Assembly (NCBI GenBank): GCA_039798785.1
Contig: JBDKFG010000029.1
Coordinates: 13,124-77,123, forward strand
Direction: 5' to 3'
Origin: Verrucomicrobiota bacterium
GTDB lineage: Bacteria; Verrucomicrobiota; Lentisphaeria; Lentisphaerales; Lentisphaeraceae
DNA: 64,000 bases
In this document: positions 1 to 9,779 of the stretch, in pieces
Layout: the number at the start of each line of letters is the position of its first letter
Numbering within the stretch: position 1 is the stretch's first letter
The notes under the pieces: model-generated
Seen by the model: only the letters and a program-made list of their open reading frames with translations
Databases searched by the model: none
What the model was told of the DNA's origin: nothing
Made by a program: the position numbers and the translations under genes

Positions 1-971
1 AGCACGAGACGGCCGTTCCACAGGATCGGCTCGCCCGGCTGGTCGAGACCGCCGTCGGAGCCGTCACCGTCGGGGCTTTTGGCGAGGCGGCGGATGCTGC
101 CGTCGGGCGACACCATGGCGACCGCATTTTCCGAGAAATCGGCGACGAAGATGCGGTCCTGTTCGTCGATGCAGATGCCGTCGGTGGTGCGGAGCTGACC
201 GGGATTCTTGGCCCAGATCTCGTTGTTAAGCACCTCGGCGTTTTTGCCGAAGCTGATGCGGTGCAGGGTGCCGTCGCCGAAGTTGCCGACGAAGAGGTGT
301 CCGGCCTTGTCGAAGACCAGTCCGTCGGCTCCGTATTGGCAGTCGCGGTTCTGGGTGACGAAGGTGCAGATCAGCTGTGTGTCGGCCCGAGTGTTGGTGA
401 CCACGAGGTCATGGTCGTCGAGATCGAAGCGATAGACGCCGCTGACCAGCAGGCCCGAGGGGTCCTTGATGTCGGGCAAGAGGCTCTGGGTGACGTAGAT
501 CTTGCCATCGCGGATGCGGACGCCGTTGGGGTGTTCGAGGTGGCTGGCGACGACGGTGGTTTTGACCACGCGGTCACCTTCGATTTTGAGGCGCAGCAAT
601 CGTCCCTGGCTCTTGCCGGCGCTGCTGCCTTTCCAGCCCTGGTTGTCGCAGATGTAGAAGTCCCCGTCGGGCCCTTGTTCGATGCCCATCGGGCAGGCGA
701 GGCCGGTGCTGGCGAGGACCGGCACTTCGACCCATTTGCGGACTTCGCCATTGGCCTTGACCCGCAGCAGGCAGGCCGGCTGGCTCTGATCGGCGTAGTT
801 GGGACAGGTGACGATCAGGTCGCCGCTGTTGCGGTCGACGCACATGCCGTCCGGCGTCGGCGCGCTGGCCGGCAGGATGGCCACAAGCTTGGGCTTGTCG
901 AGCTCGCCCTCACCGCTTGGAGCGGCGGTGTTGAGGCTCAGGAAAAGACTTGCGGCTAGGGAAATAAGCAT
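1..971 (-). CDS. Exported SMP-30/gluconolactonase-like beta-propeller protein (3' end runs off the window)
   Basis: Not in the ORF track because it has no stop in the window. Read by hand from ATG 971 with a GAGGAG RBS: MLISLAASLFLSLNT...PTPDGMCVD...CPMGIEQGPDG...HPNGVRIR...GADGLVFD...TTDGICID. The repeated P/D-G blade motifs fit a six-bladed propeller. Confidence 0.7.
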   Translation of the reverse strand, partial: MLISLAASLFLSLNTAAPSGEGELDKPKLVAILPASAPTPDGMCVDRNSGDLIVTCPNYADQSQPACLLRVKANGEVRKWVEVPVLASTGLACPMGIEQGPDGDFYICDNQGWKGSSAGKSQGRLLRLKIEGDRVVKTTVVASHLEHPNGVRIRDGKIYVTQSLLPDIKDPSGLLVSGVYRFDLDDHDLVVTNTRADTQLICTFVTQNRDCQYGADGLVFDKAGHLFVGNFGDGTLHRISFGKNAEVLNNEIWAKNPGQLRTTDGICIDEQDRIFVADFSENAVAMVSPDGSIRRLAKSPDGDGSDGGLDQPGEPILWNGRLV

Positions 972-1072
972 CTGGGGACTCCTCGGTTTCGACGACTTTT
1001 TGCCGTCACACGCCGAGATAGATAGCGTCGAATTGCTTCCCGTTCCGGGATTTAATCTAGATCGCGATGAGT

Positions 1073-1137
1073 TTCTAAATATAGAATTATGGTTTCGACA
1101 ATGCCGAAATGGGATTCATAATTTGATATTTAAAATC
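1073..1137. promoter_or_regulatory. Candidate operator sites in an AT-rich divergent promoter
   Basis: TTCTAAATATAGAA at 1073-1086, TTCGACAATGCCGAA at 1094-1108 and TTTGATATTTAAAA at 1122-1135, all of TTC-N8/9-GAA type. The first matches the site at 18451-18464 at 13/14 positions. Confidence 0.45.
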
Positions 1138-1238
1138 GAGTTGATTTCAATCGAACTCTACGGAACTAAGCATTCTGGTTCATCTCTATCTGCCATTACC
1201 GCTCGCTAAATCACCAACAAAGAATCTCGAGGTTCATC

Positions 1239-3608
1239 ATGAATTACCTAATGGCAGGAGCCGTCATTCTTCATGCCTTCATTCTGCAGGGGAGGTCTGA
1301 TGAGAAAAAATCAGATCCGGTCGAATACAACAAAGACATCAGGCCGATCTTCCAGGAGACTTGTTTTCAATGCCACGGTACAGATGCGGCAAAAGCCAAA
1401 GGAGAACTCCAGCTGGACAGCTTGGCTCACGCGACAAAGAAGAACTCTGAAGGTCGGCAAGCCATCGTCCCCGGCGATCCCGATCAATCACTCCTTATCG
1501 AGCGCATTTTTTCTTCTGACAAGGAAGAGATCATGCCGCCGCTCAAGATTCATAAAAATCTGACGGATGCACAAAAATCAAAACTCAAGAGCTGGATATC
1601 GCAAGGGGCCCATTATCAAGAGCACTGGGCTTACCTGGCTCCTAGGCACTCTCCGATTCCCGAGCATGTGCAACCGGAATTCTGGGCGAACAACATCATT
1701 GATGCTTGGATCGCAAAGCAGCTCAATGAAAATGGCTTGAGGCCTAATGACGAGGCAGACAGATATAGCTTGATCCGCCGTGCCTCGTTGGATCTTCTCG
1801 GACTTCTTCCCAGTCCTGAAGAGATCCATTCCTTCGTCAAGGACCCCGATCCTCAGGCCTATGAAAAGCTCATCGACCGCCTGCTGGCATCACCTCGCTA
1901 CGGAGAGGAGATGGCACGTCAATGGCTCGACCTGGCCCGCTACGGGGACACGCATGGTATCCACATCGACAACCATCGCTCGATCTGGCCTTATCGCGAC
2001 TGGGTGATCAAGGCTTTCAACGCCAATCAGCCCTACGACCAGTTCTCCATCGAGCAGCTGGCGGGCGACCTGCTGCCGAACCCGACCCAGGACCAGCTCG
2101 TCGCCACCGGCTATCTGCGCTGCAATCCGACGACCAGCGAGGGCGGCGCGATCGCCGAGGAATATCAAGCCATTTACGACCGCGACCGCGTCATAGCCTT
2201 CTCCAGCGCCTGGCTCGGCGTCACCATGGGCTGCGCATCCTGCCACGACCACAAATTCGATCCTGTGACGCAGCGCGATTTCTACCAGCTCAGCGCCTAC
2301 TTCCGCAACATCGATACTCCAGCGATGGATGGAAACCTGGAAAACACCCCGCCCTCCTTGAGACTGACTGATGATCGCGATGCCTTGAACCGGTTGGAAG
2401 CGGAATTGGCTCAGTCGCAAAAAGAAGTCGATGCCTTGAGAAAGCAGGGGGGCAAGGAGCTTGAGGTCACCGCCCTCGAAAAGCGGCTTCAGGACTTGAG
2501 GCAAAGACTCCGCAGCTATCCCGAGACCCTGATCGCCCGGGAGCGCAAGCAGCGGGCCTTCGCACATGTGCTCGACCGTGGCCAGTACAACCAGAAGAAA
2601 GACATGGTGTTCCCCTCCGTCCCCGCCGCCTTCGGTGTGCCGCTGCCCAAGGACGCCAGGGAGGACCGCCTGGCCTTGGCCCGCTGGCTCTTCGACCCCC
2701 GCCATCCCATGACCGCGCGTCTGCAGGTGAACCGGCTTTGGCAGAAGATGTTTGGCCAGGGCTTGGTCGCGACTGCCGCGGACTTCGGCAACACCGGCGA
2801 AGCGCCCAGCCATCCCGAGCTCCTCGACGCCCTCGCCTTGCAGTTCCGCGACAGCGGCTGGGACGTCAAGGCGATGCTGCGTGCAATGGCCTTGAGCCGC
2901 AGCTACCGCCAGTCCGCCGCCGCCTCGTCTCAAGCCCTGAGACTCGATCCCCGCAACCGCCTGCTGTCGCGGGGGCCGCGTCACCGCCTCGATGCGGAAG
3001 TGCTGCGCGATGTGGCCTTGCAGAGTTCCGGTCTACTGGTCGAGAAGCTGGGCGGCCCCTCGGTCAAGCCTTACCAGCCCGCGGGCCTGTGGGAGCCTGC
3101 CTCCCTGCCCGTGAGCAACACCCGCGTCTACGTGCAGGATCACGGCGAGAAGCTCTATCGCCGCAGCCTCTACACCTACATCAAGCGCGGTTGCCCGCCG
3201 CCGACGATGATCACCTTCAACGCCACCTCGCGGGAATCGCCCTGCGCCTGCCGCGAGCGGACCAACACCCCCCTCCAGGCCCTCGTCTCCCTCAACGATC
3301 CACAGTTCGTCGAAGCCGCGCGGAAGCTCGCCGAGCGCTGCCTGGCGATGCCCGGCTCCCGGGAGGAGCGTCTGGGCGCCGCCTACCTGATCGTGACGAG
3401 CAGAAAGATTGACGACGGACGCCTCGACGTGCTGAAAAGCGCCCTCGCCGACTTCTCCCGCCACTTCGAGAAGGACAAGAGCCAGGCCGCCGCGCTGCTG
3501 GCCGTCGGCGAAGCCCCGCGCGACAGCCGCTTCGAAGCCGCCGAACTCGCCGCATGGACGGCCATCGCCTCGATGATCCTCAACCTCGACGAATCCCTCA
3601 GCAACTGA
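1239..3608 (+). CDS. PSD1/planctomycete cytochrome c domain protein (PSCyt1 + DUF1549 + DUF1553)
   Basis: YNKDIRPIFQETCFQCHG, HWAY, WLDLARYGDTHG, WPYRDWVIKAFN, CASCHDHKFDP, PSHPELLDAL, RRSLYT and TPLQAL motifs. Confidence 0.92.
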   Translation: MNYLMAGAVILHAFILQGRSDEKKSDPVEYNKDIRPIFQETCFQCHGTDAAKAKGELQLDSLAHATKKNSEGRQAIVPGDPDQSLLIERIFSSDKEEIMPPLKIHKNLTDAQKSKLKSWISQGAHYQEHWAYLAPRHSPIPEHVQPEFWANNIIDAWIAKQLNENGLRPNDEADRYSLIRRASLDLLGLLPSPEEIHSFVKDPDPQAYEKLIDRLLASPRYGEEMARQWLDLARYGDTHGIHIDNHRSIWPYRDWVIKAFNANQPYDQFSIEQLAGDLLPNPTQDQLVATGYLRCNPTTSEGGAIAEEYQAIYDRDRVIAFSSAWLGVTMGCASCHDHKFDPVTQRDFYQLSAYFRNIDTPAMDGNLENTPPSLRLTDDRDALNRLEAELAQSQKEVDALRKQGGKELEVTALEKRLQDLRQRLRSYPETLIARERKQRAFAHVLDRGQYNQKKDMVFPSVPAAFGVPLPKDAREDRLALARWLFDPRHPMTARLQVNRLWQKMFGQGLVATAADFGNTGEAPSHPELLDALALQFRDSGWDVKAMLRAMALSRSYRQSAAASSQALRLDPRNRLLSRGPRHRLDAEVLRDVALQSSGLLVEKLGGPSVKPYQPAGLWEPASLPVSNTRVYVQDHGEKLYRRSLYTYIKRGCPPPTMITFNATSRESPCACRERTNTPLQALVSLNDPQFVEAARKLAERCLAMPGSREERLGAAYLIVTSRKIDDGRLDVLKSALADFSRHFEKDKSQAAALLAVGEAPRDSRFEAAELAAWTAIASMILNLDESLSN

Positions 3609-3624
3609 CCGGAGGACACAGAAC

Positions 3625-5034
3625 ATGTTCACCCTCAACCGCAGAAGCCTGATCGCAGGCGCCCTGGGCTCGCAGCTCCTCTCCTGTGCCAGTTCCCATC
3701 TCGGCAACGGCGCCGCCATCCGCCTGGACCACCCTGCGAAGGCGAAACGCCTGATCTACCTCTCGATGGTCGGAGGACCGTCTCAGATCGATCTTCTCGA
3801 CCCCAAGCCGGGCCTTGGCAGGCTGTTCAACACCGACTTGCCGGAGTCCACCCGCAAAGGGCAAAGATTGACCGGCATGACCGCGGGTCAGGCGCGCTTC
3901 CCCATCGCTCCCTCGAAGTTCCAATTCTCCCGCTCCGGGAAATCCGGACTCGAGCTCTCCGAGCTGGTCCCGCATTGGTCGCGCATGGCCGATGAGATGT
4001 GCATCATCCGGACCATGTACACCGAAGCGATCAACCACGAACCCGCGATGCAGTACATGTACACCGGGAACATGAACGCCGGCCTGCCCAGCATCGGCGC
4101 CTGGCTCTCCCACGGCCTGGGGACGATGAATCCCGATCTGCCGACCTTCGCCGTCCTCAGCGCTCAGCACACCTTGACTGCCCCGATGAACGTCCAGGCG
4201 GTGCCCTCCAGGCTCTGGGGATCGGGCTTTCTCGCCGGGGAAAACGCCGGTGTCAGCTTCCGCTCGGGAGCCAATCCGGTCCTCTACCTCAACAACCCGC
4301 CAGGCATCGATCCGGCCTTGCGCCGCCGCATGCTCGACGGCATCGGCGAGATCAACGCACGCACCTTGAAGGAATTCGCCGACGTCGAGACGCGGGTCCG
4401 CAGCAGCCAGTACGAAATGGCCTACCGGATGCAGTCCTCCGTGCCGGAACTCGTCGATCTCTCCAAGGAGCCCGAGCACATCCTCGATCTCTATGGCCCC
4501 GATGTCAAAAAACCCGGCTCCTTCGCCGCTTCCGCTCTCCTGGCGCGTCGCCTGGTCGAACGCGGCACGCGAGTCGTCCAGATCTTCCACAACGGCTGGG
4601 ACCAGCACAGAAACCTCCCCGTAGAACTCAAGTCCCAGTGCCAAGATGTCGATCAGGCCTGCTACGCCCTGGTGGCCGACCTCAAGCAGAGAGGCCTGCT
4701 GGACGACACCATCGTCCTCTGGGGCGGCGAGTTCGGTCGCACCGTCTACTGCCAGGGCGCCTTGTCGCAGTCGGATTACGGACGCGATCACCACCCCCGC
4801 TGCTTCTCCATGTGGGCTGCGGGAGGCGGATTCAAACCCGGATCCTGCTACGGCAAGACCGATGACTTCTCCTACAACATCGACGAGAACGGCGTCCACA
4901 TCCGCGATCTCCACGCCACGATCCTCCACCTGTTCGGCATCGACCACTCCCGCTTCACCGTCAAAAACCAGGGACTGGACACCCGGTTGACGGGAGTCGA
5001 GGAAGCTCATGTCGTGAAGGGGGTCCTGGCCTGA
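3625..5034 (+). CDS. DUF1501 family protein (Tat-exported, alkaline phosphatase/sulfatase-like)
   Basis: NRRSLI twin-arginine signal; GGPSQIDLLDPKP, ARRLVERG, GWDQH, GEFGRT and GRDHHP motifs. Usual partner of DUF1549/1553 genes. Confidence 0.92.
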   Translation: MFTLNRRSLIAGALGSQLLSCASSHLGNGAAIRLDHPAKAKRLIYLSMVGGPSQIDLLDPKPGLGRLFNTDLPESTRKGQRLTGMTAGQARFPIAPSKFQFSRSGKSGLELSELVPHWSRMADEMCIIRTMYTEAINHEPAMQYMYTGNMNAGLPSIGAWLSHGLGTMNPDLPTFAVLSAQHTLTAPMNVQAVPSRLWGSGFLAGENAGVSFRSGANPVLYLNNPPGIDPALRRRMLDGIGEINARTLKEFADVETRVRSSQYEMAYRMQSSVPELVDLSKEPEHILDLYGPDVKKPGSFAASALLARRLVERGTRVVQIFHNGWDQHRNLPVELKSQCQDVDQACYALVADLKQRGLLDDTIVLWGGEFGRTVYCQGALSQSDYGRDHHPRCFSMWAAGGGFKPGSCYGKTDDFSYNIDENGVHIRDLHATILHLFGIDHSRFTVKNQGLDTRLTGVEEAHVVKGVLA

Positions 5035-5110
5035 CGCTTACCATTTGGTTTTCTGTAAGATCCGGGCGATTTCTTTCAATAGATGATAAGCATGAACGGG
5101 GGGGGGGACT

Positions 5111-6562
5111 ATGAAGAAAGCGGCTTTGGTTCTGTCCATCTGCGTGGCGGCGGCATTGTGGATCTCGGAATCCGAGCCGGTCGAGCCAAGTGTAAAAAAC
5201 ACGAAACACTCGGCGAAGCCTCTGGATCACGGAGTGTCGCAGGGCTCTGCGCAGAAAGTCGCGATGGCGAAGTCTGCGAGAATCCGGCCAGTTTCCGACC
5301 CGGCTCTTGATGAGCTGCGGCGGAGGCTGGATGAAGGGCTGGATCCGGACAGTGTCGAAAATGGCTATTACCTGCTGACTGCGGCCATCAATGAGGGCAG
5401 CCTCGAGAAAGTCAGGCTGCTGCTTGAACGCGGAGCGCGGGTCACGCCCCTCAAGGCTTTATCCAGCGTTCGAGCCGATGATGATTGGCTACCGATCAAT
5501 GCGGCGGCGCTCAAAGGCGATCCCGAGATCTTCAAACTCCTGCTAGACCATGGAAATGACGCCGATTTCAGCTCCAGGTTCAAAATCGGCGGCGATGATG
5601 TCGAACATGATCGACCGCTGCTGATCTTTGCCACCAACAGCGGCTCGGTGGAGATCCTTGAGATGCTGGTCGAGAGGGCGGGAGGGCTAGAAGCCGCCCG
5701 CAAGCTTTGGCCGGACGGCCGGCCGGAGTATGCCGCGTGCGCACATGGGTACACCGAGGTCTTCGACTGGTTCAAGTCGCAAGGCGCCACCTTCGATGCC
5801 GCAGATCTGCTTTCCGGGGCCGCCCTTTACGGACGGCCGGAGATGATCGACTATCTGGTCTCCCAGGGCCTATCCCCCTCCAAGGACATGCTTGTTGACG
5901 CCAAGTTCAAAAACAGCTTCCTCGAGAGCGGAAATCCGGACATCCTCCAGCGATATCTGCAGTGGGGGGGCAAGGTCGACCTGGCCGACGAATCCACCCA
6001 GACGCTGTTGGCGAGACGCATCTCCACCGACATGCTCGAATATCTTGCCGGGCAGGAAGGCGGCGGCAAGCTTCTCGAGTCGGAGAACTTCAAGCTTCTC
6101 CTGATGAGCAACATCGACGACCGGGATGCCTTCAACTGGATGCTCGACAAGGGCATGGTCAAATTCGATGTTCCTGGCGAATGGAATGCGGCGTTCTCGG
6201 GGAAACCGGTGACCGTGCTGGAACTGGCCTTGGCGAACGGCCTGAACGTGAAGGCCGACGACGATAACGGGGACCGGCTGCTGCAATGGGCGGTCGCGCA
6301 CGGCAACTCCGAGGCCGTGCAGTTCCTGATCGGCAAAGGCGCCGAGCTCGACCATCAGGACGCCCAGGGGACCACCGCGCTCGCCGAGGCGGCGATGCGC
6401 GGCAATGCCGAGCTGGTGCTCCAGCTTCTCGAGGCCGGCGCCAACCCGATGATCCTCGAATACAACGGGAAAAGCGCCCTGGATCGCGCCAAGGAAGCGG
6501 GGAACCCCCTGTTGATCGACAAGCTGCGCGAGCTCGGAGTGCCGGAGGGCCGCGGACTCTGA
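5111..6562 (+). CDS. Exported or membrane-anchored ankyrin-repeat protein
   Basis: N-terminal hydrophobic segment; ankyrin repeats such as LLQWAVAHGNSEAVQFLIGKGA and TALAEAAMRGNAELVLQLLEAGANP. Confidence 0.85.
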   Translation: MKKAALVLSICVAAALWISESEPVEPSVKNTKHSAKPLDHGVSQGSAQKVAMAKSARIRPVSDPALDELRRRLDEGLDPDSVENGYYLLTAAINEGSLEKVRLLLERGARVTPLKALSSVRADDDWLPINAAALKGDPEIFKLLLDHGNDADFSSRFKIGGDDVEHDRPLLIFATNSGSVEILEMLVERAGGLEAARKLWPDGRPEYAACAHGYTEVFDWFKSQGATFDAADLLSGAALYGRPEMIDYLVSQGLSPSKDMLVDAKFKNSFLESGNPDILQRYLQWGGKVDLADESTQTLLARRISTDMLEYLAGQEGGGKLLESENFKLLLMSNIDDRDAFNWMLDKGMVKFDVPGEWNAAFSGKPVTVLELALANGLNVKADDDNGDRLLQWAVAHGNSEAVQFLIGKGAELDHQDAQGTTALAEAAMRGNAELVLQLLEAGANPMILEYNGKSALDRAKEAGNPLLIDKLRELGVPEGRGL

Positions 6563-6596
6563 AAGCGCGGTGATCGTGCACAAGCCGAGTCGTGAA

Positions 6597-7367
6597 TCAA
6601 CTGCAGACCAGTTTCACTCCGGCGAGAAACACGAGGGCCCGGACGGCGACATTGAAGCCTTTCTCTGGAATTCTTTTGACCAGAAGAAACCCAAGCCAGC
6701 AGCCCAAGAGCACTGCCGGAGTCAAGAGCAAGGTCAATTCCAAGGTGTCGAGCTTCAGAGTGCCCGTGGCGACGCCGAGGATCGGCACCTTGGCGCAATT
6801 CAGGACCAGAAAGAACCAGACCCCTGTGCCCACAAAGGCTTCCTTCGGCAACTTCTGTGCGAGCAGGTAAAGATTCATTACCGGCCCGGCGGCATTCATC
6901 GTCGTGGCGACCCCGGCGACGAATCCGGTTGCCGGCGCGGCGTGAGGGTGCTCGCGCAACCAATCCTCGACTCCTTTTTTCCAGATGCTGAGCGCCAACA
7001 TCACCAGGATCAGAATCCCCAGCATCGGCCGCAAGTGGCGATCCAAAAAAGCCAGCGGGGAGTTCTCCTGATGCGCCTGCCAGAGCACGTAGGAGCAGAT
7101 CGCCGTCCCGGCCAGGACCCACGGAACCAGAGGCCAAAGCCGTCGCTGATCGCCATGGCGACGCCAGGCGATCACTGCCGTGACGTCGGCGACGATCAGC
7201 ACCGGCAGCAGCAAGCCGGCTGAGGTGAAGGGATCAAAGACCGAAGCGAAGATCGGCACTGCGAGAATGCCGATGCCGGACAATCCCGTCTTCGCGCCGC
7301 CGATCAGGAATGCGGCCAAGGCGAGAAGCAGAAAGTCGAGAGGGCTGAGGTGAAAAGGAAGCGACAT
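6597..7367 (-). CDS. Sulfite exporter TauE/SafE family membrane protein
   Basis: 256 aa with multiple TM segments; GGAKTGLSGIG, LLLPVLIVAD and NAAGPV motifs. Confidence 0.85.
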   Translation of the reverse strand: MSLPFHLSPLDFLLLALAAFLIGGAKTGLSGIGILAVPIFASVFDPFTSAGLLLPVLIVADVTAVIAWRRHGDQRRLWPLVPWVLAGTAICSYVLWQAHQENSPLAFLDRHLRPMLGILILVMLALSIWKKGVEDWLREHPHAAPATGFVAGVATTMNAAGPVMNLYLLAQKLPKEAFVGTGVWFFLVLNCAKVPILGVATGTLKLDTLELTLLLTPAVLLGCWLGFLLVKRIPEKGFNVAVRALVFLAGVKLVCS

Positions 7368-7733
7368 GAAGGCTCCGTTATGATTGCTGACCCTACAGCG
7401 TTTAGGCGGCGATGCTTCTATCGCAGCCGATGCACGAGCGGGGAATCCGGCTTGTATGACCGTCTGAGCTCGAGAGAAATCAAGTCAAGGGCCCCCTCTC
7501 TGGTCTTGGCGAGGCGCATGCAGCCTGTGTCGCCCTGCCAGCCCCGGGGCTCGTCTCCATGCCGCAACCATCCTCAGAAAGTCGATTCCCGCATTTAGAA
7601 TCATCATCGAAGCCTGTTATGAAAGCGGCGAAGCTTGCAATAACTGGATGTGGCGAGCTGGCGACGAGAGGCGGAAGGCTTTCCCCCGAAAGTTCGACAC
7701 GCCCACAAACAGGAAAACCCAGGAAGCTCTCCC

Positions 7734-8438
7734 ATGAGAATGAAAACCGCTTTAGCCATCGCTCTGTCTGCAGTTCTCGGCAGCTGCGTCACCTACCACA
7801 CCACCAAGGTGGCAAGTGCCGAGAGAGTGAAAGTCGAGTTCGAGTCCGACGAGGCCAAATCCCTGTTCTACGAAGTGATGTTGCAGAAGCTGGAGCCCAA
7901 AGAGGGCGGGCAAGTCTGTGTCGGTCTGTGGCTGTGGATCCACAGTTCAAAGACTCTTCCATCAAACGATTTCCTGTTCAATGAAACCGCAAAAGATGCC
8001 GACCTCAACAAGGACGGAATCCTCACGCTTGCCGAGATCAAGAAATTAAAGCTTGATGCGTCCCTCAAAAGTCACCGCGTAGCGGTCGAAGCTGGCTTAG
8101 CCTGGGGCATCGCCCCAGGTTTTGAGCGTGAAAGGGTGCCGCCTCGCGTAAGCCAGGGCGATGGCAAGGAATCCAGCAACGCCCGGGTCGCTCATTCACA
8201 TTCCGATGCGGATCTGAGCACCTGGTATTACCCCGTGTCCCCCGCAATGCATGAGCGTCTTGTAAAGGACCCCAATATTGCGGCCTTCTTCGAGCCCATG
8301 GGAATGAATTTCCAGGATGGCAGGAAGATCCAGTATGTCGCCTCAGCGCAGAGGCTGGTCGCGACCGGAAATGATGAAGACTTGAAGAAGCTGGAAAAGG
8401 TGGTGGGTGAGCTGGAACGAACCCCCACGCAATGTTGA
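7734..8438 (+). CDS. Putative lipoprotein with an EF-hand-like loop and a C-terminal secretin-N-like segment
   Basis: Lipobox LGSC; DLNKDGILTLAE fits the EF-hand loop pattern; C-terminus IQYVASAQRLVATGNDEDLKKLEKVVGEL. Start at ATG 7734 or 7740 rather than 7650. Confidence 0.55.
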   Translation: MRMKTALAIALSAVLGSCVTYHTTKVASAERVKVEFESDEAKSLFYEVMLQKLEPKEGGQVCVGLWLWIHSSKTLPSNDFLFNETAKDADLNKDGILTLAEIKKLKLDASLKSHRVAVEAGLAWGIAPGFERERVPPRVSQGDGKESSNARVAHSHSDADLSTWYYPVSPAMHERLVKDPNIAAFFEPMGMNFQDGRKIQYVASAQRLVATGNDEDLKKLEKVVGELERTPTQC

Positions 8439-8453
8439 GCCAGAGGCGCCACG

Positions 8454-9650
8454 ATGCAAAAACCTCAGAAACTACTCCCATGCCTCACGGCCTGTCTTGC
8501 CGCCTGTCTTGCTGGCCTGTGGATGACGGAATCCACGGCGACAGGAGGGAGCTCACCGCCGCCGGAAACACGAGCCGCCCGGGTTCGGCCTTCCGTTCCT
8601 GTTGCTGCAATGCCGATCATGACGCATGGGGCTGCCGATCCAGGCACCGAGGAGGCTGGCGACAGCCTGGAACTCCCCGGCGAAGACATCACGTTTGAAT
8701 CTCATGGCGTCGTTACCACATTCAAGTCCCAATGCGACATCTTGCCCATTGAGTTGCGGAGCCGGCTCGATGCAGGGCTGGATCCGAACAGCATCGAAGA
8801 TGGCCAATACTTGTTGACCGCGGCCATCAACGAAGGCAGTGCGGAGAAAGTTCAGCTGCTTCTGGAATTCGGCGCGACGGTGAATCTCACTTGTCCTCCT
8901 GTCGATGAATCCGGAAGGGCATGCATTTGGAGCCGGGACGGCGATCTCTGGCTACCGATCAATGCGGCGGCGCGGAAAGGCAATGCGGAGATCTTCAAGC
9001 TTCTGCTCGATCACGGAGCGGTCCTGAGTAGCAGTACAACCTACGCCGCCGCTTCCTCGGGCAGCATCCAGGTCATGGAGTGTCTCGAGTCACGGGGTGT
9101 CGATTTCAATCCGACGGAGCTGTTTGATGTCGCCGCATTCAACGAGAAGGAGGAAATGATCGAGTTTCTCATCGCCCGCGGCGCCGCTCCATCGCAGGAA
9201 AAGCTCGCCAACTCGATACTCTTTTACCGTTTTCTTGCAGGCAGTGCGAAGATGGTTCAGCTGTATCTGAGACTGGGCGGAGATCTCGACCTTGGCGATA
9301 GAGAAACGCAGTGCCTTTTGGCGAAGGAAATGACTTCCGAAAAACTGGAATGCCTCTTTCGTCTGGAAGGCGGCAGGACGCTTCTCCGGAGTCCGGATTT
9401 CCAGGCCTTCCTGCAAAATAACGATCTATCTGGGTCTACAGCCCTCCATTTCGCCGTCGAGGCAGGCAGCCTGGAGATAGTGGACGAGCTGCTGGCCCAT
9501 GGCGCCAACCCGGGGGCTGTAAATCACAGGGGACAGACCTCCCTCGACCTGGCATTGAATAAAAAACCCAGCCCGGAAAACACGCTGCTGATCGCCAGGC
9601 TCCGAGAACTCGGCGTCCCGGAAAACCGGATGAGAGACGGCGAGCGATGA
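8454..9650 (+). CDS. Ankyrin-repeat protein, paralog of 5111-6562
   Basis: Shared blocks RLD.GLDP.S.E.G.YLLTAAINEGS.EKV.LLLE, WLPINAAA.KG..EIFKLLLDHG and LRELGVPE; ankyrin repeat TALHFAVEAGSLEIVDELLAHGANP. Confidence 0.85.
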   Translation: MQKPQKLLPCLTACLAACLAGLWMTESTATGGSSPPPETRAARVRPSVPVAAMPIMTHGAADPGTEEAGDSLELPGEDITFESHGVVTTFKSQCDILPIELRSRLDAGLDPNSIEDGQYLLTAAINEGSAEKVQLLLEFGATVNLTCPPVDESGRACIWSRDGDLWLPINAAARKGNAEIFKLLLDHGAVLSSSTTYAAASSGSIQVMECLESRGVDFNPTELFDVAAFNEKEEMIEFLIARGAAPSQEKLANSILFYRFLAGSAKMVQLYLRLGGDLDLGDRETQCLLAKEMTSEKLECLFRLEGGRTLLRSPDFQAFLQNNDLSGSTALHFAVEAGSLEIVDELLAHGANPGAVNHRGQTSLDLALNKKPSPENTLLIARLRELGVPENRMRDGER

Positions 9651-9779
9651 TCTGGACACTCCTGATGGGACGGTGATGAGAAGACGCCCTGCCCGCAGTC
9701 TGGCGCACCTTCAAAACCGCTCCCATGACGGCCACTGATTTGCACCTGGAAACGGATGGAAACACCCTCGGGAACCCCC

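Noticed and set aside
7593..7605. ATTTAGAATCATC, identical to 18457-18469, as a further operator
   Set aside because: The left half-site spacing differs, and the match centres on a TAGAAT -10-like hexamer.
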